Positions 20,553-28,926 of a stretch of 64,000 nt of DNA are shown in pieces. The position numbers and the translations under genes are program-made. The stretch is from an uncultured Spirochaetota bacterium (GTDB lineage: Bacteria; Spirochaetota; Spirochaetia; SZUA-6; Fen-1364). The stretch covers positions 256,001 through 320,000 of the forward strand of contig CAWAHW010000001.1 of assembly GCA_963781885.1 (NCBI GenBank), read 5' to 3'. How positions within the stretch are numbered: position 1 is the first letter of the stretch; each line of letters starts with the position of its first letter. The notes under the pieces are model-generated. The model was not told where the DNA came from and did no database searches. It was given only the letters and a program-made list of their open reading frames with translations.

Positions 20553-21530
20553 TCAGGACGGGAGCGCTTCCTTGGAATGATCCTGTCCGACCATGGCCCT
20601 GAGAAGAAGCGGGATGGTGAGGAAGAGGAAAAGGCAGATCGAGATCGCCACCAGGCGGAAAAAGCCCAGGCCTCCCCAGAGGGAGCGAAGGGCGAACGCG
20701 CTTCCCACGATGCCGACCGCGATCACGGCAATCACCTTCCAGGCCCGCTGACGGATGCGGACAAAGAGGGCAGTGGTCACGCCCAGGGCCGCAAAGAAAT
20801 AGGCCATGGCGGAGTCCCATCGGCTGAACCGGCTTTCCAGGCTTCGCAGGGCGTTCACGAGGAAACCAGCGCTCTGTGTCACGGTGAGGACCCATATGGC
20901 AATGACCGGCAAAGGCAGAAGCATGAGGGAGAGCAGGATCCAGTCACGCCGGGCGACGCGCACGGCTGTGGACGCGATCAGCCAGACGGTGAATGCATAG
21001 AGCAGGCCAAGCGCCGCAAGGTGCCAGAACGGCGCAGGGGTGCCGTGCCCGCTCAGAAGGAATCCCACGGTCTGCGCCAGGGGATCCATCGACACGTAGC
21101 TCAGGATGAGAAGCGGCAGGAGCGCGTATCCCACCCAGGAATAGAGCCACGCGTGAGAGCCTTTGCGCCAGCCCATCATGGCGATGATGGCGATGGCGGC
21201 GAACGCGCCGCCCAGGAGCACGGGGTAGCGCCAGATGTGCGTGGCAAAAAGTGCGGCAAGGATGAAATGGGGCTGGCAGCTGATGAGCGCATCCGTCCAG
21301 CTTCCGCGGCTGTGCGCCTCATACATCAGCCGGGCGATGAACCGGGCATCGCCGAAGGACGCAAGCGCCGCGCCGGTGGCCTCCTGTTCACCAAGGCCCT
21401 GGTAGAGCAGGTCATCGACCTTTTCCTGGAAGTGGCTGGAGAGCTCATTGATGACCCGGCGCTCCGTGCGCGGGTCGAGATGAAGATGGGCGCGAACCTC
21501 CTCGAGGTATCTGCCGACCTCGGGCCGCAT
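20553..21530 (-). CDS. Membrane protein with N-terminal HAAS / permease-prefix-type domain (PadR partner)
   Basis: YLEEVRAHL...INELSSHF...ALASFGDA followed by about 8 TM helices; directly downstream of padR. Confidence 0.75.
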   Translation of the reverse strand: MRPEVGRYLEEVRAHLHLDPRTERRVINELSSHFQEKVDDLLYQGLGEQEATGAALASFGDARFIARLMYEAHSRGSWTDALISCQPHFILAALFATHIWRYPVLLGGAFAAIAIIAMMGWRKGSHAWLYSWVGYALLPLLILSYVSMDPLAQTVGFLLSGHGTPAPFWHLAALGLLYAFTVWLIASTAVRVARRDWILLSLMLLPLPVIAIWVLTVTQSAGFLVNALRSLESRFSRWDSAMAYFFAALGVTTALFVRIRQRAWKVIAVIAVGIVGSAFALRSLWGGLGFFRLVAISICLFLFLTIPLLLRAMVGQDHSKEALPS

Positions 21531-21538
21531 GGACCGCC

Positions 21539-21892
21539 TCAGCCCCCGGAGGGTTTCATGACGAGTGCCATGGCACTCGCGAAGCTCTGCCACATGTCGA
21601 GCTTCTTCTGCAAGAGCTCCCGGCCCTGGTCGGTAATCGCATAGTACCGGCGCTCCTGGCCATTGGGGAGCTTCTTCCATTCGCCGCTGACGAGCCCGTC
21701 ATTTTCGAGCTTCCGCAGGGCCGGATAGACCGTGCCTTCCTTGAACCGGAAATAGCCGCCGCTGCGCTCCTCGATCTCCTTGATGAGGCGATAACCGTAC
21801 GTCTCACCCTGCTGGTTGATGAGGAAGAGGAGGAGGGAATCCGTGTTCCCCCGCAGCAGGTCGGAATCATAGGCACGCGAAGATTCTGCCAT
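21539..21892 (-). CDS. PadR-family transcriptional regulator
   Basis: YGYRLIK, EGTVYPALRKLE..GLV and RRYYAITDQG. Confidence 0.92.
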   Translation of the reverse strand: MAESSRAYDSDLLRGNTDSLLLFLINQQGETYGYRLIKEIEERSGGYFRFKEGTVYPALRKLENDGLVSGEWKKLPNGQERRYYAITDQGRELLQKKLDMWQSFASAMALVMKPSGG

Positions 21893-21945
21893 TCAGCACC
21901 CCTTGTGCATGCGCCGCGGCCCGCCGCGGATGCCATGCTTCCATA

Positions 21946-21975
21946 ATTGTAGTAAGGGCCCGCGGAAACTGTCAA
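21946..21975 (-). promoter_or_regulatory. Putative sigma70 promoter for padR
   Basis: Minus strand TTGACA-18 nt-TACAAT. Confidence 0.5.
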
Positions 21976-22051
21976 GCGCGGTGGACCAGGGCATGGGCGG
22001 GCACAAGCGTAGGCGCGGCGCGTCCAGTTGTCAACAACGGGCGCTTCTCGG

Positions 22052-23704
22052 CAGCAATTCGCATTATGGCCAAAGACGTTTGGTTGGCATGAGGGAATCT
22101 ATGGCGTATATGCGCCCAGGTGGGAATCCGGGATTAGGACTTTGGTGGAGGAGAAAGTTTGAATGGAGGTCCGCCGGAGTTGTGAGGCGCGGAAGGGGAC
22201 TTACAGCAAGCACCCGTCCAAGGTTGGCCACGCAGGAGGGAGGGTGGTTCTGTAGGGGTGTTATGAAGGCAGGCAGGATCGGTGAACTATCCGTCTGGGT
22301 CAGGCAGGTGCAGCCCATTCACCATGAACTGCATCAGAGCCACCCAACTGTCAAAGCACAGATACTGGGTCAGTGTGGCAACGTGTTGAAAAAAGGTATC
22401 CCGACGCGGCAGTGTCGAGCGAAGCAGGGCACAGCGGCTATCCATGAGCTGTAAAAGGGTGTGAAAAAGAAAGGCAATCACATTCAGCGATAGCAGTGTC
22501 TGCGACAGATACTGCTGGCCATGGCCGAAATTGTGCTCGAAGTGGTATCCCTTCGTCTTCAGTGTGTTGAAGTTCTCGTTCTCAACCTTCCAGCGGCATC
22601 GACCCGCGTTCACCACCTCCACCACCGTCTGTTCGCTGATGGGGTGGCTGGTGACCCAGCAGTTGCGATAAGTGACCTTGCCCTTGTCGTCGAGAATCTG
22701 CAATTCCACCCATGAGACCACCGGGCTATCCTTCTCGGCGGTCAGGCTGACATCGTTGATCCAGCGGTAGTGGTAGTGACGGTGATCCTTACCTGTCCAG
22801 GCGCTGCGTTGCAGGGTGTGCACCCCGCCCAGTTTCTCCAAGCCCTCAATCTCCTCAAACAAGTGCTTGTGCATGACCGGCTTGGCAACAAAGATGAAAT
22901 CCAGCTCCTGCTGCACGGCGCGAGTGATGATGGGGGTTCGCGAATACAGGTCATCTCCCAGCAGCGTCACTCCTAAGGGGCTCAATCGCGCAGCGTAGCG
23001 CTCGATCCAGCGCAGGGCCGCTTGAAACTCGCAGTCCTGCCGATCATGGCCATCCTGGGGACTGAGAAACTCCGGCTGCAGCGCCACCACATGGGCCTGT
23101 TGGGGACTGACCACCGCGGGAAGCAGCACGGAGTGTGTGTAGGTGACTCGTCCGTCACGGTGATTGCTTACCATGCAGGAGGGACAGTGGATGGATTCCG
23201 ACAGGAAATACCCTGTGCCGTCCAAGGCCACCAGAAGCGAGTTGGCAAAGGACCTCATCGGTTGCATAAGCCCGCGCTGCTGCATCAGATCAAAACACTT
23301 CTCGTAGACTGCATTCAACAGTGAGGGATCCACGGGGTCCAACAAGGCTCTGATCTGGTTGTCCGAGGGAATCTGCTGGACCCCAAAAAGGCTCCGTGCG
23401 TTGTTCTTACCCTGCTGTTGCTGCATCAACTCTTGGAAGGCCAGAAAGGAGGGACTCTGACAGAAGAACACTCCGAAAGCCCCGCGCGTCACATCTTCAA
23501 GGGAGAACTGCGTATTCTTGCCCGTTCGTCGATCTGGAAACCTCTCGACGCATCCCATGAGAAGGGACATCAGGGCCTCAAACGTCTCCCCTCCTGACAT
23601 TCTGAGGGCAAGTGTACGGCATGCAACTCATAGCGAATACTAGACGGGCGTTCCCGGTAATCTACGGCATTGCGTCCCGTACAGACCCATAGTTAGAATT
23701 GCTG
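22052..23704 (-). mobile_element. ISNCY-type insertion sequence (about 1.65 kb)
   Basis: Terminal inverted repeats CAGCAATTC (22052) and GAATTGCTG (23696-23704); flanking direct repeat GCTTCTCGG at 22043-22051 and 23705-23713; lower GC than the flanks. Confidence 0.88.
22287..23600 (-). CDS. DDE transposase (ISNCY / IS4-like)
   Basis: ALDGTGY...HCPSC, QDCE, LGDDLY and RCRWKVENENFNTLKTKGYHFEHNFGHG. Confidence 0.9.
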   Translation of the reverse strand: MSGGETFEALMSLLMGCVERFPDRRTGKNTQFSLEDVTRGAFGVFFCQSPSFLAFQELMQQQQGKNNARSLFGVQQIPSDNQIRALLDPVDPSLLNAVYEKCFDLMQQRGLMQPMRSFANSLLVALDGTGYFLSESIHCPSCMVSNHRDGRVTYTHSVLLPAVVSPQQAHVVALQPEFLSPQDGHDRQDCEFQAALRWIERYAARLSPLGVTLLGDDLYSRTPIITRAVQQELDFIFVAKPVMHKHLFEEIEGLEKLGGVHTLQRSAWTGKDHRHYHYRWINDVSLTAEKDSPVVSWVELQILDDKGKVTYRNCWVTSHPISEQTVVEVVNAGRCRWKVENENFNTLKTKGYHFEHNFGHGQQYLSQTLLSLNVIAFLFHTLLQLMDSRCALLRSTLPRRDTFFQHVATLTQYLCFDSWVALMQFMVNGLHLPDPDG

Positions 23705-23814
23705 GCTTCTCGGGCAGCAGTTCTGATATGATGTGCCCCCGTCAAGCTCTAAAAGCCTCCTTTTTTCTTTAGAACTCCTTCTGAACATCGAGGCCAACCC
23801 GAAGAGATGGAGAA

Positions 23815-23960
23815 GGGCATAACCGACGATCGACCAGTCTGATATGCGTGGATTGGTTACCGCAGGCCAATGTGATCGTCAGGAGCTTGCCTCCGTCTCA
23901 TTACCAGGATCAGACCATAGTCTGCCTGCAGAACCGCTCGAGGATTCTCCGTTCGCCACG
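23815..23960 (-). ncRNA. Putative bridge RNA / seekRNA of the IS110 element
   Basis: Two stem-closed internal loops (GGAG/CTCC with inner CAGAC/GTCTG; GACGATC/GATCGTC) whose strands match the target site and the element-end junction. Boundaries are approximate. Confidence 0.75.
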
Positions 23961-24007
23961 AACCTTCCCCATCCGTCCCGGTTGCCTCGATTGCATACGC
24001 AGCCTCC

Positions 24008-25102
24008 TCAAGCCACCCGATCAACCATCGCGCCCCACAGGAACCCCGAGAGCTCTCGCGCCACCGCCGTCACCACGGTCTGAGAAGCTTTGCCGCGAAA
24101 AAGCAGACGCAGAAATTTCTTGTTTAGCCGCCTGCACGCACGGTTGGCATAGCTGACCAAGGATGGAGAAAGACCCTCGCGTCGTTTCATCAACCGAGTG
24201 CTACTGGGATGGTAGCTGCGGTATTGCCAGGCGGCCTCCACCAGAAGTTTGCGCAGGTGGGAATTACCCGCCTTTGTGATTCCTCCCAAGCGCCTCTTGT
24301 TTCCGCTGGATCGCTCGGAGGGCACCAACCCCAAAAACGCCATGAATTGATCCGCACCTGCAAAGCGCCGAAAGTCCCCGATCTCCGAAACAAGCGACAA
24401 GGCGATCAGCGTCTCCACGCCCTTGAACGCCTTCAGCTTGGCTACAGGTTCGGCATAGCTTTTACGTGCCGCGATCTCTTCGATGCCCGCCTTGATCCGC
24501 CGACACTTCTCCTCCAGCTCGTCGACTTGGCAGCGGTACTCGGTGAGAGTCAACTGCTCCAGCGGATCCTCCAACTCAAGAGCCTGCAACCATGCTCGAT
24601 GCGGCTGCGTCCATGTGGCTCCTTGTTCATAACGTATCCGCCTCCGCAGAAGAAAACCCAGCACGCGCTGCTTGGCCTTGCGCAGATCGGACTTCATGTC
24701 CTCCAGCATTCGTAGATAGTCGCGAACCGCTTCGTCTTCCCGCGTGGGTACATGAACGGCACTCACATCCCCGCTCCGAAGTGCGCGAGCAAGCATCACA
24801 GCGTCCCTTCTATCGGTCTTTATGCGATCTCCCGGACGATGTGGAATCTGAGACGGAGCCAGCACCGCACACGGCACACCCAGTTCCGTCAATTGTCGAT
24901 ACAGGGAATACCCTAGACATCCCGCCTCGTAGCATGTCACCAGGTCCCCCGCGGACTGGAGCTTCTTGAAATAGGCCTGGATTACGCTCTTTTCATTGCG
25001 AATCACCGTCTCGGCCCTCGGCTTCTGATCGCGCCCGCTCAGGATCGCTATGGCGATCTTTTCTTTGTCGACGTCCATGCCAACGTAATGTACAATACCC
25101 AT
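24008..25102 (-). CDS. IS110-family DEDD recombinase/transposase
   Basis: VGMDVDK, CYEAG, IKTDRRDA, GLVPSERSSG and ITKAGN; ATG 25102 follows an AAGGGGG RBS. Confidence 0.92.
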   Translation of the reverse strand: MGIVHYVGMDVDKEKIAIAILSGRDQKPRAETVIRNEKSVIQAYFKKLQSAGDLVTCYEAGCLGYSLYRQLTELGVPCAVLAPSQIPHRPGDRIKTDRRDAVMLARALRSGDVSAVHVPTREDEAVRDYLRMLEDMKSDLRKAKQRVLGFLLRRRIRYEQGATWTQPHRAWLQALELEDPLEQLTLTEYRCQVDELEEKCRRIKAGIEEIAARKSYAEPVAKLKAFKGVETLIALSLVSEIGDFRRFAGADQFMAFLGLVPSERSSGNKRRLGGITKAGNSHLRKLLVEAAWQYRSYHPSSTRLMKRREGLSPSLVSYANRACRRLNKKFLRLLFRGKASQTVVTAVARELSGFLWGAMVDRVA

Positions 25103-25350
25103 GACTGCCCCCTTGTGCGTTGTTTGTGGCGTGCCGCATCGAGACGCCAATCTCATGATACGGCCGATCCACGTTGTAGCAACCACCTGGGGGCACTTCA
25201 TATTGTCTCATTTTGGACCATCCGGAGCTGACGACCGGGCATTTTTGCTCAAAAATGGCTTATTACCATAGGACAAAATGAGAACTGCATCGTTCGGTTG
25301 CCAAACTGAGAATTGCTGGCTTCTCGGGGGCATCGTGTATACTTGGTTCC

Positions 25351-25836
25351 GTGAAACCGAAAAGGATGGACCCGCGGCGCACGAAGCTGGAGAAGGAGCT
25401 GCGCGACGCGGTCAAGGAAGTCGACGAGCAGGGGCTGCTCTTCCTGCTCCGCCAGGCCCAGGTGCTCATCCACAACGCGCGCGTGGAGCAGGTTGCCGCA
25501 CGGACGGAAAAGAACGCACCGGCGGGAAAGGCCGTCCGGACAAAGCCGGACAGGGCACAGAAACCCGTGTCCATCGAAGACGCCAAGGACGGAAAGGCCA
25601 TCTTCCTCAACCTTGGGAAGGCGCGCAGCGTCCTCACCCCTGAGGAGATGAAGAGGATCGTGCGGATCTGCTACGCGGCGGAGACCAAGAGCGAGGCGCT
25701 GCGCCGGCTCTTCACCGTGCTCGCCCGGGAGAGAAAGGACATCCTCGCCGATGCTTTTGTCGGAAACCCCGACAATCCGCTCCTGGAAGAGCTGTTTCGC
25801 GTCGTGCGCGCCACCTATCACCTGAAGGACCGGTAG
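25351..25836 (+). CDS. Hypothetical protein
   Basis: 161-aa ORF with genome-typical codon usage; start may be ATG 25366. Confidence 0.65.
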   Translation: MKPKRMDPRRTKLEKELRDAVKEVDEQGLLFLLRQAQVLIHNARVEQVAARTEKNAPAGKAVRTKPDRAQKPVSIEDAKDGKAIFLNLGKARSVLTPEEMKRIVRICYAAETKSEALRRLFTVLARERKDILADAFVGNPDNPLLEELFRVVRATYHLKDR

Positions 25837-25880
25837 GCGCGCTTGCATCGTGCGGGCTTTCCTTTTATCGTACACCCATC

Positions 25881-26426
25881 GTGACCGGCACGGATGGGGC
25901 GGGCAAGTATTTCCTCTCCTACGAGCATATTCACCTGAGCGTGCGGGCGCTCGCCGCGAAAATCACCGCCTCCGGTTTCGATCCCGACCTTATCGTGGCA
26001 ATCGGAACCGGCGGATTCATCCCGGCGCGAATTCTTAAAACCTATATCAAGAAGCCCATTCTCACCGTGGGCATTTCCTATTACGGACCCGACAATCTGC
26101 CGGCAAAAAGCCCCCGCACGATACAGTGGATCGACGAGGTGGAGAAGAAGCTCGCGGGCAAAAACGTGCTCCTTGTCGACGAGGTGGACGATTCCCGCGT
26201 CACGCTGGAATACTGCCTGCGCGAGCTTCTCCTGCACCGGCCCGCGGAGATCGCGGTCGCGGTGCTCCACAACAAGAAAAAGGAAAAGAAGGGCAGGATA
26301 CCCGCCGAGGTCCGCCGCTACTTTGCCGGCGAGGAGCTCGACGACAGGTGGATCTGCTACCCCTGGGACGCGACGGACATCACGGCGCACGAGAAGATAT
26401 CCCGGTCCGGCATCGTGCAGTCGTAG
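25881..26426 (+). CDS. Purine (xanthine/hypoxanthine-type) phosphoribosyltransferase
   Basis: VAIGTGGFIPARIL, PRPP-binding motif VLLVDEVDDSRVTL, and WICYPWD. Confidence 0.85.
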   Translation: MTGTDGAGKYFLSYEHIHLSVRALAAKITASGFDPDLIVAIGTGGFIPARILKTYIKKPILTVGISYYGPDNLPAKSPRTIQWIDEVEKKLAGKNVLLVDEVDDSRVTLEYCLRELLLHRPAEIAVAVLHNKKKEKKGRIPAEVRRYFAGEELDDRWICYPWDATDITAHEKISRSGIVQS

Positions 26427-26448
26427 CAAAGCGCGAAGGGTGGGCCGC

Positions 26449-28271
26449 ATGGGCATGGAGAGTTTCCGCCACTTCGATGCGCGCGCGCTGGTGGACGTCG
26501 CCATGGGGCGTCGCGCCGCGGACATCGTGCTCCATGACGGCCGCTGGGTCTGCGTGCAATCCGGGGAAATCGTGCCCCATACGGACGTGGCGATCGTGGA
26601 GGGCCGCATCGCGTACGTGGGCAGCGACGCGCGCCATTGCATCGGGCCGGAAACGACGCTGATCGAGGCAGGCGGCCGGCACCTCGTCCGGGGCTCCTGG
26701 ACGGCCACATGCACGTGGAGTCGGGCATGCTCACGGTCAGCGAGTTCGTCCGGGCCGTGCTGCCGCATGGAACGACCGGCATGTTCGTCGACCCCCACGA
26801 GATTGCGAATGTCCTGGGGCTGCGCGGGGTGCGCTACATGGTGGACGAAGCCGGCCGACAGCCCATTCACGTCTTCGTGCAGGTGCCAAGCTGCGTGCCC
26901 TCGGCGCCCGGCCTGGAAACTCCCGGCGCGGTGATCGGTCCCGCGGACGTGGAGGAAGCCCTGACCTGGCCGGGCATCATCGGGCTGGGGGAGATGATGA
27001 ACTTTCCCGGGGTCATCGCGGGAAACGACAAGTTGCACGCGGAGATGGCGGCGACGCGCCGCGCGGAAAAGGTGATCGGCGGTCACTATGCATCGCCCGA
27101 CCTGGGAAATGCCTTCCACGCCTACGCGGCGGCCGGGGCCCAGGACGATCACGAGGGGACCCGGCCGGAAGACGCCCTGGCGCGCATCCGGCAGGGCATG
27201 CACGTCATGCTCCGCTATGGATCGGCGTGGCACGACGTGGCAGCCCAGATCCCCGTCATCCGGCAGCAGGGGCTCTCCGCGCGGCATTTCATCCTCTGTA
27301 CGGATGACTCCCACTCCCAGACCCTCGTGAGCGAGGGCCACATGGACAGGGTCCTGCGGCATGCCATCTCCCAGGGCCTTCCGCCCATGGACGCCGTGCA
27401 AATGGCCACTCTCAATACCGCCGAACATTTCGGTGTGGCGCGCGACATGGGGCAGATCGCACCCGGCCGATTCGCCGACGTGCTCCTGGTGCCCGACCTG
27501 GCTGACTTCCATGCGGAGCTCGTGATCGCGCGCGGGCGGGTCGCCGCCGAAAAGGGGAGCCTGCTGCTGGAGCTTCCCACCGTCGCTGCCCCAAGCTGGG
27601 CGCGGGACTCCGTGCACCTCGGCCGGGTCGTCATGCCGTCCGATTTCCGTCTGGACGGTCGTCGATTCGGCGCAACGGCGTCCGCGCACGTCATCGGCGT
27701 GATCGAGAACCAGGCGCCCACCCGGCATCTGCACGTGGACGTGCCCGTGCAGGATGGCGAGGTGCGGGCCGATCCGTCGCGCGACCTTGCCAAAATCGCG
27801 CTCCTGGACAGGCATCACGCCTCGGGCGCGATGCAGGTCGCCTTCGTGCAGGGATTCGGGTTCACGGCCCGGTGCGCCGTGGCGACGACCGTGGCCCACG
27901 ACTGCCACCAGATGATCGTCGTGGGCACCGACGATGCGGACATGGCGACCGCGGCAAACGAGCTGGCCGCCTGCAAGGGCGGGCAGGTCGTCATCCGGGA
28001 CGGAGAAGTGATCGGCAAGGTGAGCCTCCCGGTCGCCGGCCTCATGTCCGATCAACCGGCGCCCGTCGTGGCGCAGGCCGCGGCTTCCGTTCTGCAAGGA
28101 TTCGCAGCGTGCGGCTGCCGGCTTTCCAACCCCAACATGCAGCTGAGTCTCCTGGGACTCGTCGTGATCCCCGAGCTCCGGCTCTCCGACAAGGGCCTGA
28201 TCGACGTGCGTCGCTTCGAGATCATCCCGCTGCTGGAGCAGGCAGGCGATGCGCGCGCGCAGGCAGACTGA
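26449..28271 (+). CDS. ade: Adenine deaminase with an apparent frameshift near 26690
   Basis: N-terminus (VAMGRRAADIV...) lies in ORF 26173+ and the rest (PGLLDGHMHVES, DPHEIANV, EMMN, DHE, CTDD, VAHDCH) in ORF 26637+; GTCCGGGG appears to lack one C. Confidence 0.88.
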
Positions 28272-28294
28272 TGTTGCCGCCGCGGAACCGCTCC

Positions 28295-28323
28295 TTGACC
28301 GCGCGGGAAGGCGTACCTACATT
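28295..28323 (+). promoter_or_regulatory. Putative sigma70 promoter
   Basis: TTGACC-17 nt-TACATT, 11 nt before ATG 28335. Confidence 0.45.
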
Positions 28324-28334
28324 TTCAGGACCCC

Positions 28335-28901
28335 ATGAGACCGTTTTTCAATTCTCTTGCAGAGTCGACCAGCTCCACGTGGCGGCTGCTCTCCGACACG
28401 ACGAACTACCTGAGCAGGGTCAAGCTCCTGGAATCCTACGAGACGGAGCTTCGTCAGTGGCGGGCGCTGCTTTCCCAGAAACGCACCGACCCGCAGGTCT
28501 TTCGCAGCGTGCGCCAGGAAATCGTTGCCCTTCGCCGCCTTCTGCGCGAGCAGGGCTACGATCTGCGGCTGGGATCGAGGGACATCGCGCTGGAGGGATT
28601 TCGCGCCGACGACGCAATGGGGGAAGGATTTCAGCGCATCGTCATCGGCGTGGCAGACGATGACGTCTACTACGTCGCGGGCGCGGCGAACCACATCGAG
28701 CTGGATGGAATGCTGAACGCCCAGTGCCGGCAGAAGCGCGCCTGCAAGCCATACCGGCCCCACTACCTGTGGTATCGCTGGAGAAACAACGTGCTGGTGC
28801 TCTCCGGTGCGGCATCAGAGACCGCTGAAATGTTCGAGGAGCTGAAGGTCTGGTTCGGCCCCAACCGGGAGCTGCTCTTGAAGAAGCTGTCCCGGCTTTG
28901 A
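28335..28901 (+). CDS. Hypothetical protein
   Basis: 188 aa with AGGA RBS and a candidate promoter; no family recognised. Confidence 0.65.
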   Translation: MRPFFNSLAESTSSTWRLLSDTTNYLSRVKLLESYETELRQWRALLSQKRTDPQVFRSVRQEIVALRRLLREQGYDLRLGSRDIALEGFRADDAMGEGFQRIVIGVADDDVYYVAGAANHIELDGMLNAQCRQKRACKPYRPHYLWYRWRNNVLVLSGAASETAEMFEELKVWFGPNRELLLKKLSRL

Positions 28902-28926
28902 AGGCGCGCCCGCAGCCGAAGACCGC

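Larger units (their letters stand above)
23725..25206 (-). mobile_element. IS110-family (IS1111-like) insertion sequence
   Basis: CT core at both junctions (23723-24 and 25207-08); sub-terminal inverted repeats ATATGATGTGCCCCC (23726-40) and GGGGGCACTTCATAT (25189-203), 14/15 match; about 280-nt non-coding end downstream of the transposase. Confidence 0.9.
23715..25318. mobile_element. 120-bp ISNCY-type MITE interrupted by an IS110 element
   Basis: Joining 23715-23724 to 25209-25318 gives ends CAGCAGTTCTCATTTTGG and CCAAACTGAGAATTGCTG (16/18 inverted match); flanked by GCTTCTCGGG at 23705-23714 and 25319-25328. Confidence 0.82.

Noticed and set aside
22043-25328. Repeated GAATTGCTGGCTTCTCGGG as a CRISPR repeat or att site
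   Set aside because: Explained by IS terminal repeat plus target-site duplication; spacing is about 1.6 kb and no cas or integrase gene is present.
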